A DNA stretch of 63,886 nt, filler included, from Aduncisulcus paluster (taxonomy: Eukaryota), in NCBI GenBank assembly GCA_024181965.1. It is 6 parts of 6 records of this genome, joined end to end, with 100 filler letters (N's around TTAATTAATTAA, not from the genome) between each part and the next. Parts side by side here need not be neighbours in the genome. Positions count along the whole stretch, not along the records: positions 1 to 15,997 come from BQXS01009976.1; 5 more parts are not named here. The stretch is one strand, 5' to 3'. Made by a program: the position numbers and the translations under genes. Shown piece by piece: positions 1 to 12,420 of this stretch. The notes under the pieces were generated by a model. It did no database searches and was not told where the DNA came from. It saw only the letters and a program-made list of their open reading frames with translations. The first letter of the stretch is position 1. Each line of letters opens with the position of its first letter.

Positions 1-864
1 TTCCACATCGATCAATTCTTGAATTCTCCCATTTTAAGTTTGAGAGAGATAATATTTGTATAGATATGTCATTGAGTTTTATTTTCCAATCAAACGATGC
101 CAAAATTCATTCAATAGTTCGTTTGAATCTCAGACAAGTGCTCATCGACCTGATCTGTAAATATGTGTTTCTTTCTTTCTCTGTAAGTAACGTGATCATT
201 CCAAAACACGGTACAAATTGTTATTTCACTGTATAACTTTTTCAAGACTTATGTGATCCAAATTAGCCTATCTAAATTAGTCCGTTCCCTTTTTGTCCTG
301 ATCATCTCCAATAGATACCTGAATCATTTTAATCAACACAATCTGGGAACTCCTTCCAACAAATAAAACATCTTCTAAAATAATTGTTTTTGAATAGTTT
401 CCAAAATGAAATCTGAAAACATCCATTCCTTCTCAGAAAACGAATTAATTCCGTTTATAACGATGTAATTCATAATCACAGTGGACATGAAACATTTCTA
501 AACGGCTTAAGGGGTCTTGAAAATCATTAGTGTGAGATTTGGTCAGGAAATCAAGAAATGTCCAACTTGGCTAATGTCCAAAGCAATTGAGTGGACCGAT
601 TCTGCACAAAGATCGTATATTTTAAGGGACGTATATTAGTACTTATATAAAATACGGTGTTTTTTATAAATCCACTAGGCGTGTGTTATAATAACACAGT
701 GTTATCACAAATTGGGGGAAAGTTTATTCCGATTTGGGGGATTTGGAAAATGCAAACACCAAATCTTATTAGAATTTAATCACAATTGAATACAATCCGA
801 GTCAAAAAATCATGATTTTCACTGCATATATGATATATGAAAGTTGCATGTGAATAGAAACTCT

Positions 865-1160
865 TCCATGATGAGATCGGGCAAACTTCACCATTTGCTG
901 AACATCTGAATTCACATCATACCAACGAGCTTCCTGGCAATACGAATCATCTTTTCCTTTCACCATTGAGAGTGAAGGTGCAATTATGGTGGATCACCGC
1001 ATGGAATCGGCCTGGAGTATCTCTTATAGGCCACTATCACCTTCCCGAACAAACTCTGGTTTCTCAACAATAGCTTCGGACCAGAGTTTCTCTCGAGCGG
1101 CTTTTGCGAGCTACAATCTCATCGGGGGTTTCTTCTCGAAAGAAAGCGAGCGATTTGGAT
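865..1160 (-). pseudogene. Degenerate fragment of the expanded repeat-domain family seen at 20504-24137
   Basis: Minus-strand pieces SLAFFREETPDEIVAR, REKLWSEAIVEKPEFVREG and IIAPSLSMVKGKDDSYCQEARWYD match REETTEETIIREAKEKLWFETAVVKPEFVKKG...PSFLMVKGKNDS in the 20504 kinase; interrupted by stops and frameshifts. Confidence 0.75.
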
Positions 1161-1246
1161 ATTAAAATACAAAAAGTATCAGCCCACAATGATACGTACA
1201 CAGCCGGAATAATAATAATAAAAATAAAAGAATAAAATGAATAAAA

Positions 1247-4200
1247 TTATAAATTCTTCGGTGGCAATTTAAATTGTGATATTTGTTGTCGAATAGGGAT
1301 AAAATGGATTTGCTGATTTGGGCCAAATCCAAAATCTTTGGGATTAACAACAGATGAAGATCGATTAATAATAACGAATGAAACATGTTTTAAATTGTCA
1401 TAATGTTTTCCCCCAATCTTTTTCAAAAGATCGTACACAAAACTATCTTCCAAAGGATATAAATGTATATTCAAACAGGCTAAGTTACTCATTTTATCTA
1501 ATGCTGAAGCAAGAACCTCCCCAAATTCTGGGGTAAGCTTTCCAATATCAATCAGTGAAAACTTTTTCACCGATGAAAACTGCGATAATGTTTCAGAAAG
1601 AAAATGAGCAAATTCCCGAGAAGCCTTTGAATGGGAAAAATGTGAAATAATGTCCATATCTGTTATTAAAACTGATTCCGTAACCAATGGAGCGATAGAA
1701 CCAAGCATGCGAAGGAACATAATGACCTTTTTTCGAGATGAATCAACCCGAGTTTCCATTTCAACACCATCCTTTTGGTCGAAACCGTTCAACTCAATCT
1801 GTGGGTCAAGTCTCATGATAAACAAGTCATCAGGATCGACTAAGTAATCATCAGCCTGATGTTCAAGATCTCCCTCCATCTCTTCATTCCCATACTCATC
1901 GTAATAGTCCGAATATTCAGCTTCACCTTCACCTTCATCCAAATACATCGGAGTATCAGCTGCTTTTTCGCCTTCTTCTTTGACAATCAAATCATCAATA
2001 TATCGTGGAGTGATTGGTTTGGCTAAATTATTCCTACATCCGCCATCAGAAAGAGTAACACCAGTGAGAGAAATGAAGGAGAGTGTTTTAATTGGTATTG
2101 AAGTTACGGTGGCACGCATTTGTCCCCAAAGTTCAAAATAAAAATACCCACGAATGGAAATATCAAGGAAATACATGGACAGAGTACTGATTTTGGAGCA
2201 AAAAGTTGGCATGAACAATTCAAAAAAGAGTTCGGATGCTCTATGATAATTGGAATTCTCAAATACATTCGAGATCACCAAAGATTCCATCCATCCTTGT
2301 GAAATCATATCATGAGAATCTTCCATAGGATTAATAGAGTCTTCAGAACTTGAGTTTTTAGGAAGAGAACTCAACCCGACACCATCTGGGAATTTCCCAC
2401 ATAACAACAATATTAGAGATTCCAAATCACGTGGTTGGATTTCCAAAGTATTAATTTCAAAATTCTTCACAAATAACAAAGATTGATCTGAACAGAAAGA
2501 ATCTAAATGCAACATTTCGGACTCTTCAGGAGATGGGAAGTCTCTAAAGAAATCTTCTTCAAAAATAATATGGGCGAGTTTGATGTTCTCAATCCTGGGA
2601 TTTATAGGTAATACGCACAATAAATGCAGAAATTGCTTCCTCATACTCCTTGGAACAAAGATATACGAAAATGTACACAAATGACAGATATTTGAGGGTT
2701 CTTCTGTTTCCTCATCTTGAGATACAACAGAAGGATTTTTACCAAGGAAATACTCTATTAATTCATGTTCATAGGGTCCAATTTTCAATCCTGAGAAAGT
2801 TAAGAATCCAAAAATAGATAAAGAGTTATCATATACAGCCTTGAGCAATGCCAAATTCTCAGCCGACTCGATAGGTTCAAAAACAAAAATATTTGAAAAA
2901 ACCATTTTGGCTGCAATTATTGATCTAAAAATGTAACCAACAATGTTTTTTCCTTTCATGTAACCTGTAATATTCCCTATCGTTGACTGGAATGGTTCAC
3001 GAGACTCATAAACCACTTTAACTGAATCTCCATCTATTTTAGTCTCTCTCGGATGAACAAAGGCAAGCAAAATCGGTTTGAACAAATTGAACAAGAGAGC
3101 CATGTTAAGAACAGGAGTTTCATTGAAAAATCTGCGGGCCATGAGATGAATGGGAATATCAAATTCCTTGATATCTCTAAACTGAGATGTAAAAGCAGGA
3201 TAACAGCGTTTTAACATTGATATAACCTGGGATTGAGGGACATGAGCAAAAGGAACATAATCTTGTAACCAATCAAAGGAGCTTGAGTGATCACGACTTG
3301 AGTTTAAATCCATAATTGTCCGCACAGCCTTCTCTTCATCAAGATACCAACCCTTAAGGATTTCAAGAGCATCTACATCACTCACAAGTTGAATTCTAAA
3401 GTTTGAGACATTAATTCGACCATGTGTTTCACATTCTAAAAATAGATTAGATGAGGAATAATATAGAATGGTATCGATGAACTCCATTGGCGTAAAGACA
3501 TGAAAATGAGAAGGTGCAAAGGAACATCCACGTGAGAGAGCTTCAGGGAACACGTCCCAAAATGGTGAGCACAGAGGTGGCTCACTGGGATAATGGATAG
3601 AAAGATCACCTGGAGGCAATCTTGAAGCGATTTTTTTAGGAATTGGGACTATTACACGTTTATCTTTTAGAGAAGGTTCAACTTCGATGATATCAGCATG
3701 TTTCCACAGATTTGATTCTGTCCGCTCTCGCTTCCTTTTCGTTCTCTTTTGGACCTCAAGAGTTCTTCTCCTTTTAACCTCGATAGTAAGATTATCAGAA
3801 ATTTGTACAGACGTAATTATGTGATTATATTCCATTATATAATAAGGAAAAATGCATTCCACAAACATACTTTTGAGAGTTGTTGGGAAGGAAGACTGCA
3901 ACAAAATTTGCTCAAATTTCATGTTTGGACAACACACAAGAGAAGCAACTGAATCCTTATGGTGCATTAAACGATGTGATTGGAATTCATCTGCAGAATG
4001 AAGACACAATGAAGCAAAATGTAGAGGGTAAGCGTACCATGGAAGAGTCAGTGGGAGTTTCCGTCCATATCCTTTGTAAGGAACACAAACGCATGGATGT
4101 AAAGCAGATGTAATGTTCTTTATGGAATCTTTTCGATCTTTAATACCCTTCATATCAGAATCTGACTTAATCCGGAAAGACTTTGTTTTTTCATCAAAGA

Positions 4201-4825
4201 TAACAATAAGAGCATCCTTGACCTTACAAAGATAATCAACATAAGAGGAAAGATAAGACGAGGAGTGATTGTAATTATCAATAAATATGTCGAAAATACG
4301 ATCAGATTTTGTGAATGAAAACACTCTTGGAAAAGAATGAGGAGGAGAAGACGACAAATATTTAGTTGGAATTTTTCCGGTATCAGAAATCTTTCCCGTT
4401 TTCTTAATAAGAAGGTCTTCTACCAATTTCATATCATGAATGCGGAGATCACAGAGAAACAAAACCAAATCAATAAGTTGGCAAAGGCTTGGCGAATGAG
4501 TCTTACACGGAAATTTACAGTATCTCTTCCCACAATAAGTGAAACAAGAACATATTGGCATGTTAGATCCCTTATCATCAAGATATTCAGGAAAATGTAG
4601 AGTCTTTATAGTAGATTGAAAATATTCGTTCCTAATCAAAGGAAATATAAACTTATAAAGTGAATTCTCGGATAAAGAAACATCTGACAGGTCTAAACTC
4701 CTGGGATCAACCTGAAAAATATTTTCGATTAGGGGTGTTAATAATGATCCATCCCGTTTTCGACCCATAACATTAAAAAGTAAACCTCCTAAAATTTCAA
4801 AATATCCAGAATCTGAACCTGACAT
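1247..4825 (-). CDS. Large hypothetical protein (1192 aa), acidic tract, possible RNI-like LRRs near C-terminus
   Basis: Long uninterrupted ORF. The C-terminal LSQFSSVKKFSLIDIGKLTPEFGEVLASALDKMSNLACLNIHL resembles RNI-like LRR units (weak). Confidence 0.75.
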   Translation of the reverse strand: MSGSDSGYFEILGGLLFNVMGRKRDGSLLTPLIENIFQVDPRSLDLSDVSLSENSLYKFIFPLIRNEYFQSTIKTLHFPEYLDDKGSNMPICSCFTYCGKRYCKFPCKTHSPSLCQLIDLVLFLCDLRIHDMKLVEDLLIKKTGKISDTGKIPTKYLSSSPPHSFPRVFSFTKSDRIFDIFIDNYNHSSSYLSSYVDYLCKVKDALIVIFDEKTKSFRIKSDSDMKGIKDRKDSIKNITSALHPCVCVPYKGYGRKLPLTLPWYAYPLHFASLCLHSADEFQSHRLMHHKDSVASLVCCPNMKFEQILLQSSFPTTLKSMFVECIFPYYIMEYNHIITSVQISDNLTIEVKRRRTLEVQKRTKRKRERTESNLWKHADIIEVEPSLKDKRVIVPIPKKIASRLPPGDLSIHYPSEPPLCSPFWDVFPEALSRGCSFAPSHFHVFTPMEFIDTILYYSSSNLFLECETHGRINVSNFRIQLVSDVDALEILKGWYLDEEKAVRTIMDLNSSRDHSSSFDWLQDYVPFAHVPQSQVISMLKRCYPAFTSQFRDIKEFDIPIHLMARRFFNETPVLNMALLFNLFKPILLAFVHPRETKIDGDSVKVVYESREPFQSTIGNITGYMKGKNIVGYIFRSIIAAKMVFSNIFVFEPIESAENLALLKAVYDNSLSIFGFLTFSGLKIGPYEHELIEYFLGKNPSVVSQDEETEEPSNICHLCTFSYIFVPRSMRKQFLHLLCVLPINPRIENIKLAHIIFEEDFFRDFPSPEESEMLHLDSFCSDQSLLFVKNFEINTLEIQPRDLESLILLLCGKFPDGVGLSSLPKNSSSEDSINPMEDSHDMISQGWMESLVISNVFENSNYHRASELFFELFMPTFCSKISTLSMYFLDISIRGYFYFELWGQMRATVTSIPIKTLSFISLTGVTLSDGGCRNNLAKPITPRYIDDLIVKEEGEKAADTPMYLDEGEGEAEYSDYYDEYGNEEMEGDLEHQADDYLVDPDDLFIMRLDPQIELNGFDQKDGVEMETRVDSSRKKVIMFLRMLGSIAPLVTESVLITDMDIISHFSHSKASREFAHFLSETLSQFSSVKKFSLIDIGKLTPEFGEVLASALDKMSNLACLNIHLYPLEDSFVYDLLKKIGGKHYDNLKHVSFVIINRSSSVVNPKDFGFGPNQQIHFIPIRQQISQFKLPPKNL

Positions 4826-5142
4826 GTCAAATTGATAATAGAGATAGGATATTGTTCGAAAATTAAGTTATTCAAGAGTAAACTGAAATAAATTATTCAA
4901 TAATATGACTAAAAAGTAAAATATCACTAGGAATAGAAAAAATTAATCCAGGTTATTCACTAGATTGAGACCAAATTACGATTTTTAAATTATGTCACGG
5001 TACTATCTCTTATAAAACAGATATATGCACCTTTTTATCAATTAAATGTTATTTAAAGTTTGGTTTTTAAAATAAAATTCATTAATATTAAGGTGTAACA
5101 ATTTGAACTTTAAGATATATTATAACAAATGCTACTCTTGTA

Positions 5143-5216
5143 GCTTCTATAGTATAGTTGGTTTAGTATGGCCGCCTGTCACGTGGCAGACCCGGGTTCG
5201 AACCCCGGTGGAAGCG
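5143..5216 (+). tRNA. tRNA-Asp(GTC)
   Basis: Acceptor GCTTCTA/TGGAAGC, anticodon arm GCCGC-CTGTCAC-GTGGC, T arm CCGGG-TTCGAAC-CCCGG, no encoded CCA, oligo-T run immediately downstream. Confidence 0.95.
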
Positions 5217-5463
5217 ATTTTTTAGATTGACAGACATTTTTTTTCCCGGAAAACCTGTGGTACACGATTGGCGGTGTGTGTGTGTTTTATTCTAATCATC
5301 AATTTTATTCACAAATGGTCTTTACAAACAAAAACATGGTTATGTCACTCACGGTAACTACAATTAATGTAACAGTAGATTTGACTGTTTAGAGTCAATA
5401 CCAATGTAGATATCTTATATTCATTCATTTTCATTTAAATATCAACTCCACATCAGAGAATTA

Positions 5464-7059
5464 TTATTCTTCGTCTCCCCAACCCTCTGAAGGAGTTGAT
5501 TCGACGCCTCCCCCCATTTCAAGTTTGAACTCTTCGTCGGACATGACACATACAACACCTAACACTCCTCTTCTCTGAATAGATGAGGGACAGGCAGAGT
5601 TAATCTTAGCGTTGACCTCGATCTGAACAGTGACCTCGGTATCAAGACGGTCAGGCGGGATGACGAGATAATTGGCTACACTATTCTGTTTGCGGTGACA
5701 CATTCTTGTGGGCTCATGGAATTCTTTCCAATCGGGGATTATAGTACACCTGATGTATTCAAGAGTTTTCCTTTTATCCTTGATTACACGCTCATCAACA
5801 GTCTCGAGACAAATTGGAACAACCTTACCATGTGGATAGTCCTCAGCAGTCTTACCACAGGGGGGAATGGTAAGCTTAAGAGTACATGTTCCCTCATCGG
5901 GCCCAACAATCTTCACGAAATGCTTCGTTGCATGCTCGAACATGGATGGGAACAGAGCTCCGTCAAGATCCTCGAAAGCACGGATGAAATCTCTCCATTC
6001 CATCCAGAAACACCCATCATTCTCTTGCGTGTGACCCATGAGCTCAAGGAATGTCATCTCTTCGCCATCAGATTCAATGGTCTCTTTCCAAACCGAAGAG
6101 GAATCTCCGAAGGGACCAGTCCACTCTCCATCACGACCCCAGGGATTGAAGATTTTCATCATTCGAAGTCCAGAGCTTCTGGATGCGCGCAATGATGGAG
6201 GAACTTGACCGCCAGAGAGCTCACGAACTTCGATAAGCCCATAAGCATGTCTGGCAATGAGACCGTTCACGGCAGAACCACAAGAACATCCAAAGAGTCC
6301 GCGTTTCCTATCAACACAATCCTTCATCCAATAGAATAAACGCCTTTGGTTGCTTTTATCTGGAAGATGCATTATTGGAGTGGCAGCAGATAGATAAGAC
6401 AATCCGTCACAAACCTTACCTCCACAAATGTTGGCATAACTACCACAGAGTTTAGCAAATGCTTTTTCAACCATGGGGAGCCACATTTCTGTCACAACGC
6501 TTCCATGAGATGCGATTGGTTGCCATTTCTTAACATTCAATGAGCCATCGGGCATGCGCATAACTAATTTTGGACATAAAGCAATTTTTTTATCAACGGG
6601 AACATATATGGGCTTTCCCATAACATAAAATTTACCAATAACACGTCCAATATCAGCCTGATCAACAGGGAAGAAGCGAGAAATGTAAGGAGTGATGGAC
6701 AAAAGACAAATTGAAGACACGAACCAACAGTCGGGAACCTCACCTTGATGAACATCTTTGGTAGAAACTCCACCATCGAGAGCTTCGCCTCCTTCAACAA
6801 AAATGTGATCTTCAATAACATCCCATTTCATTTTTCCTTTGTGTCTGGCCATTAATTTCTTTGCTAAAGATCCAAAAGCTGTTGACCCCGATTTAAATAA
6901 TGGATCTTCATATGGTTCACCACTTGTACTCTCAAAGGTATCAAGAGAAAAGCTAGAATCGATAGAAAACTGTCGTATACCAGCAATGGTCTCTTTTTTC
7001 AAATTTCCTAAATTGGAAGCATCAAAATATTCAGTTTTTTCAAGTTCAGGTGCTGGCAT
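5464..7059 (-). CDS. Calpain-like cysteine protease (CysPc), ~531 aa
   Basis: Catalytic triad motifs QGEVPDCWFVSSI, HAYGL and FNPWG, plus EKAFAKLCGSY and DGCFWM. Likely start MPAPELE at 7059; the upstream ORF extension is AT-rich and intergenic-like. Confidence 0.92.
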   Translation of the reverse strand: MPAPELEKTEYFDASNLGNLKKETIAGIRQFSIDSSFSLDTFESTSGEPYEDPLFKSGSTAFGSLAKKLMARHKGKMKWDVIEDHIFVEGGEALDGGVSTKDVHQGEVPDCWFVSSICLLSITPYISRFFPVDQADIGRVIGKFYVMGKPIYVPVDKKIALCPKLVMRMPDGSLNVKKWQPIASHGSVVTEMWLPMVEKAFAKLCGSYANICGGKVCDGLSYLSAATPIMHLPDKSNQRRLFYWMKDCVDRKRGLFGCSCGSAVNGLIARHAYGLIEVRELSGGQVPPSLRASRSSGLRMMKIFNPWGRDGEWTGPFGDSSSVWKETIESDGEEMTFLELMGHTQENDGCFWMEWRDFIRAFEDLDGALFPSMFEHATKHFVKIVGPDEGTCTLKLTIPPCGKTAEDYPHGKVVPICLETVDERVIKDKRKTLEYIRCTIIPDWKEFHEPTRMCHRKQNSVANYLVIPPDRLDTEVTVQIEVNAKINSACPSSIQRRGVLGVVCVMSDEEFKLEMGGGVESTPSEGWGDEE

Positions 7060-7504
7060 CTTTGTGTATCTAACCAAAGCACGGATTCTTCCGAAGATAA
7101 AAATAGAAGCGTTCAGTTCGGTTGAATAATATAAATTTATTGATGTATATTGACATAATGAAATTTTACAATTCTTTTTTTTACAAATGTTTCTTATTCG
7201 AAGAGGAAAGTATTTCTCTCTCAAATGGTTCAATACAAAGAGAAAGAAAACCAATTTATGTATTGAATCATTCATAAAATGCTCAGTTTGACAATATTGA
7301 CTGTTTGCTCTGAAATAATATTGTTATCCAACTTTTTAACTCTCCACTCCTCCTAGCTCATTATTATCAAAATAGAATTACAATACTTGATACTTTTCAA
7401 TATTTATGCTGCATATATATCCCATGGATTTCGTTTATAATTATTCAACACAATTAATTCATTCAATCAACTTTTCTCATGTAATTCTCCAAAAATTCTT
7501 TATT

Positions 7505-8857
7505 ATGCCTGCTCCAATTGATTATGCTTTTGTTTTTGATATTGATGGTGTCCTTAGATATGGTAGAGGTAACCCTGTAGAGGGAGCCTCCAAAACAATC
7601 GAGTTTTTGTCAGAAAATAAGATTCCCTATGTATTTTTAACAAATGGAGGAGGTAGTGAGAGATATAAAGAAGAAGAATTACGGGAAGAATTATCTCTCT
7701 CTGATTCAATAGTGAAGAAAGGTCATATTGTCGGAAGTGCCACTGCCCTATTTGAATATGCCCAATTCTTTAAGAATGAGCCTATTCTTGTTGTTGGAGG
7801 TGCTGATTCAGTTGAGAATGCAAATTCTATTGGCCTCTCAAAGGCTGTATTCTGTGAGGATGTTTCCAAACAGATTCCTGATTTAATCCCTCGTTTTACT
7901 CGTTCGGACGTCTTTTGTGATCATTGTAAAGTTGAAAAAATTTCGAATCCAATATTACTCGATGAAAATGTTCAATTCAAGGCCGTTTTTGTTCTTGCTG
8001 ATCCTTTAAATTGGTTAACAGCCATCGAGCCTGTTACCAGTATTTTGACAACCTCTGGATATTGCCATGCAAGTGCCGTGTCCAAATTAATGGAAGATCG
8101 TAAAAGTTTTGCTGCTTCTCCCGCGACTTGTTTTGATCCCTCCAACCCTGAATGTCCATTTTATATTCCACCGATCTTCTTTGCCAATAGTGACTTTACC
8201 TTTGCCGGAAAATATCCAACCCCGCGTCTTACCATGCGTTCGCTGCGAATGTGTATATCCTCCATTACTGAGGAACGGATGAAAGAGACTTTCACTACAT
8301 TTATCACTAATGAGACCCAGCAAGTTGTCAAAGGCTTTGGTTCTTCAATTGAGTCTACCAAAAGTTTCTCAGAATGGATATTGAGAAGCAAAATAGAGTC
8401 ATTTGCCTCTCCTCTTATCATCCAGACTGGAAAACCACACACCGAGAACTTCCATGGTGCTCTCTGTCGTCTCAGATCATTATATCCCAAAGCTACATCC
8501 TCCTCTCCCCTGTGCCATGTCTATATGATTGGAGATAACCCACATGGAGACATTCGAGGTGCTAATACTATGCGTGAGCTCGGAGAGGAGATGAAGAGGA
8601 AGAGAATAGAGGAGGGAAAGGAGGATGAACACTGTACTGTCACGCCTGAGTGGTATTCAATGCTGGTGAGAACTGGGATGATGAGTAGATTCTCAAATCC
8701 TCCCGCTTTGACTTCACCTGTTCAAGAATACCTCGAAAAGTCTGACATTCCAACGTACGAGTGCAGAGATGTAACTGATTGTGTGATATATGTTTTGGAA
8801 CATCATGGAAACACAGAATTAGCTGAGAAATATAAAGAGTTTATTGGTGAGAAATAA
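7505..8857 (+). CDS. HAD-superfamily class IIA hydrolase (CECR5/HDHD5-like)
   Basis: Motif I FVFDIDGVL, motif II FLTNGGG, GKP and motif IV YMIGDNPHGDIRGAN. Likely start MPAPIDY at 7505. Confidence 0.9.
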   Translation: MPAPIDYAFVFDIDGVLRYGRGNPVEGASKTIEFLSENKIPYVFLTNGGGSERYKEEELREELSLSDSIVKKGHIVGSATALFEYAQFFKNEPILVVGGADSVENANSIGLSKAVFCEDVSKQIPDLIPRFTRSDVFCDHCKVEKISNPILLDENVQFKAVFVLADPLNWLTAIEPVTSILTTSGYCHASAVSKLMEDRKSFAASPATCFDPSNPECPFYIPPIFFANSDFTFAGKYPTPRLTMRSLRMCISSITEERMKETFTTFITNETQQVVKGFGSSIESTKSFSEWILRSKIESFASPLIIQTGKPHTENFHGALCRLRSLYPKATSSSPLCHVYMIGDNPHGDIRGANTMRELGEEMKRKRIEEGKEDEHCTVTPEWYSMLVRTGMMSRFSNPPALTSPVQEYLEKSDIPTYECRDVTDCVIYVLEHHGNTELAEKYKEFIGEK

Positions 8858-9337
8858 TATTGAATTCACTATTTGGAAGAAACAAGATGAATATTATTGC
8901 ATTCATTTCATCCTTGATTTTTATTTCCGAATATATTATCAATGTGTTTTATATAACTAAATGCAGAGATTTGCTAGATATTTTTGATTTTCTATAGTAT
9001 TTACGTGAGATAAACAAATTGTTCTCTATCATTTCTTCCACGGATATTATTTTAAAGTTTCAGGTCTTTCCAAAATAAAAATCATCTATAGATTTTAGAT
9101 CATCATGATTATCCATCATTTTGTTGCTGTATCATTGAGTTAAGAATAAACATTATTTTTATCAGAAAATGGACTTTAATTCACAGTTGCTAAATTTTTC
9201 CAATCATAAAAATGCTAATATCGATAACATTCACATTTTAAATATTTTGAGGCATGACGAAGAGAGAGTTGTTTTTGTTTTGCCATTTTTGTTCGAATTT
9301 AAAAACATCTGTCAAACATAACACTAAATTATTAAAA

Positions 9338-12300
9338 ATGAGTTCTCCTCCACCTGTTAATGAGGAAATTAGTGAGCCAATTATGGTGGATCAGCAAGAT
9401 GCCATTGCAGTTACAAAAGAGATGATAGAAAAGTCCTATGATGCATATCTTGATGGCATTCCTCTCAAAACCTCCACAGTACAAGCTAATGAGGATAGTA
9501 ATCCGATAAATGATTTTGAAGATGAATCTTCTCTCCTAAGCCTCAGTGTATCCATGAAATCACAAGAATTTCCTTCTGAAGCATTGCGACCAGACAGAGC
9601 TCTTATGGGCAACGTATATCGTGACCCTATTCAGAACGATCCCAGTTCTGTTCCAGAAGAAGAAACACCTAAAGAGAAAGAACTCCAAACCGAACAGGAA
9701 AAAGAAAAAGAAACAGAAATAACTCCTTCTCATAATATTGTAACCATTATCAATCAAATTCTTGAGCCTCTGCGGGAATGTCTTGAGCTTTGTTTGATTT
9801 TCCCCAAACATTCCTCCGTCGACGTCGAGAAAGCCAAGAAAATCCATGAAGAAATGTATTTTATTGGGAAAAACATTGATGAAATGAAGAGAACTGCTAA
9901 AACTACGTGTAAATCTTCAGATTCTTTGGTTGATGATCTCGAAGGACTTAAGAAGATGATTTTAACCAGTCAACATATTTCCTCGAGTGAGTTCTCTAAC
10001 ATTATTGCCCTTTTGCACAAATTTAAGAAACAATTCCCAAGTTCCACCAAACTTACTTCAAAATCTCTGACCCAAGCATCTTCTCCTCACATCAAGCATC
10101 TCCAGCAAAGTGTTTTGTTGGACGAAGAAGAAGGATCAGATTCCGATCTAATTGGATCTTCCTCAAATTCAGATATGGATGCTGATGATCATCAAGAATC
10201 TTTGGGACATTCTTCGCAACATGCTGACGTTATTCGTGAATTTACTTCCTTGAAACAATACCTATCCAAAGACTCTTTCTGGAGAAAAATTATCGTCCAG
10301 GTCAGAAATTTAACCGAGTATGTAAAAAGCATCCAGCCACTTTTATTCAAGAGTGTGTCGGGAATTCGGTTCCTGACCGAGCAAGTTGACGGACTAAAGA
10401 AAAAATGTGACTTTGAGAAAGAACGAACAAAGCAAATGGCTAAACTCGTTGAAGATGAGCAAAAAAAGGTTCAAATGTGGAAAAAGACCTTCAGTCAAGA
10501 AAAAACAAAATGTGATGCGATAAAAATAGATTTTGAGAACCAGATTAAGCTTTTACATGAAAAACATTCACATCAAATGACCATCCAATATCGTGAGATT
10601 CAAGCCCAGTNNNNNNNNNNNNNNNNNNNNATGTAAAAAGCATCCAGCCACTTTTATTCAAGAGTGTGTCGGGAATTCGGTTCCTGACCGAGCAAGTTGA
10701 CGGACTAAAGAAAAAATGTGACTTTGAGAAAGAACGAACAAAGCAAATGGCTAAACTCGTTGAAGATGAGCAAAAAAAGGTTCAAATGTGGAAAAAGACC
10801 TTCAGTCAAGAAAAAACAAAATGTGATGCGATAAAAATAGATTTTGAGAACCAGATTAAGCTTTTACATGAAAAACATTCACATCAAATGACCATCCAAT
10901 ATCGTGAGATTCAAGCCCAGTCCAAGTTAATTGCAAGCATTCCACATAATTTATCTCTTCTTGAAGGAAAAATTGATGAAAAAGAAAGAGAGATTGGTGA
11001 ACTCAAAAGGATCAATTCATCCAATATTGAGCAATCGCGCGAATTTACACTTAGAGAACAGAAATTAGTGGCTGAAAACGAGAGATTACAGGATGAAATT
11101 GTCAAGATGAGACAAGAAATTGAAGACTTGACCCAAAAATCCCTTTCCTCCTCTTCTTCTCAGCCCAAGAAAGAAGAAGAAAGTCATGCCTGTGATGACC
11201 ATGAACACGAGGTCAAGAATACAGCCATTCAATTCAATGTGACTGAGGATTCTGGAGAGAATGAAAATTCGGTCCCTGAATCATCCTATACGGCCTCCTC
11301 ATCAGAAACACCTCAATATCACCCACCACCAGCCCACTCTCACCGTGAAGAAAAGAAGAAGCATAAATCATCAAAACACTCCCACTCCTCCAAACATCAC
11401 AAACCTCCACTATACCCTCCCATGCATTTCTACCCCCATTATCCTCCTCTCTCCTTCCCCTCAATGTCATCTCAAGCATATATATACCCCTATCCCTTAC
11501 ATTCTTATCCTTCTCCCCATTATGGAATCCACTCGAATCCTCCCCAATACATGGAATATCCTTACCCAACTGACCATAAGCACATATACCTCCACCCAGA
11601 ACAACAACCTCATCCTCATCCTCATCCTCATCCTCATCCTCATCCTCATCCTCATCCTCATCCTCATCCTCAACCTTTGCAGGACTCCCATGATGTTTCT
11701 GATCACAGATATCCACCATCTCAATCAACTTCCATTCCACGGAGTAGATCTGGATATCCACAGTCATCAGGTATCGGAAACCCTCAAATAAGCTACTTAC
11801 AAGGAAGAAATCCCACGTTTGAGCATGAACATGAATATTCTCGGTTTGCTCCTCAAAAGTCAAGGAAACATACCAATACATCATCATCGAGCTCTTTCCG
11901 CAGCAAATATCCATTAGATACCTCGTTACAACGTTCCTCTTGGGGTGAGTATTCTGATTTTAGAAGGGAAATTGACCTTGAAATTGATGGTGATGATCCT
12001 TCTCTTGGTTATGAACAGACTCAGAGTTCATACCCAATGCCAAATGCAGTACAACATTCGACAAGGGCAAGACCAATGATGCCGGGATCACATCCAAGGT
12101 CCTTGGAAAGGAAACATCAAATGAATGCGCGGAATAGTCATTTTCCACCAATCGGAAAGCCACACCCCGCAAAGGAATTTATGAAGAAATATCTGCAATT
12201 TGAAAGATCAACAAAAGCTATTTCCAAGGAGCTTTCCAAACATTTGGAGCGCAATAACTCCCACAAAATACAACTCGATAAACGTGTTGACAAATTCGAC

Positions 12301-12420
12301 AAATTTGACAAGTTTCGTGAATTTGATGTCAAAATGAATTCATTTTCTTTTCCTCCTCCCCTTGATTCGACTGGAAAACCAAGATATGAGAAAGAAGAAA
12401 CGTTGGATGGAGCTTTTTAA
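9338..12420 (+). CDS. Coiled-coil, His/Pro-rich hypothetical protein (~923 aa after removing the gap duplication)
   Basis: ORFs 9254-10636 and 10666-12420 share identical sequence at offset 311 across the 20-N gap 10611-10630; collapsing it gives one frame. Confidence 0.75.
11611..11670 (+). repeat. (CATCCT)10 coding microsatellite encoding a His-Pro repeat
   Basis: Read directly from the sequence. Confidence 0.95.

Noticed and set aside
682-708. Overlapping palindromes TGTGTTAT-A-ATAACACA and ATAACAC-A-GTGTTAT
   Set aside because: Short, AT-rich and single-copy; no supporting context.
10320-10921. Direct repeats flanking the 20-N gaps (also near 37260, 39277, 40642 and 49770) as real tandem domain repeats
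   Set aside because: Each gap is flanked by a near-identical overlap and collapsing it restores one frame; a scaffolding artefact.
11234-11914. Alternative-frame ORFs with (ED)n, (LI)n and (MR)n runs
   Set aside because: Shadows of the (CATCCT)10 repeat inside the real plus-strand gene.
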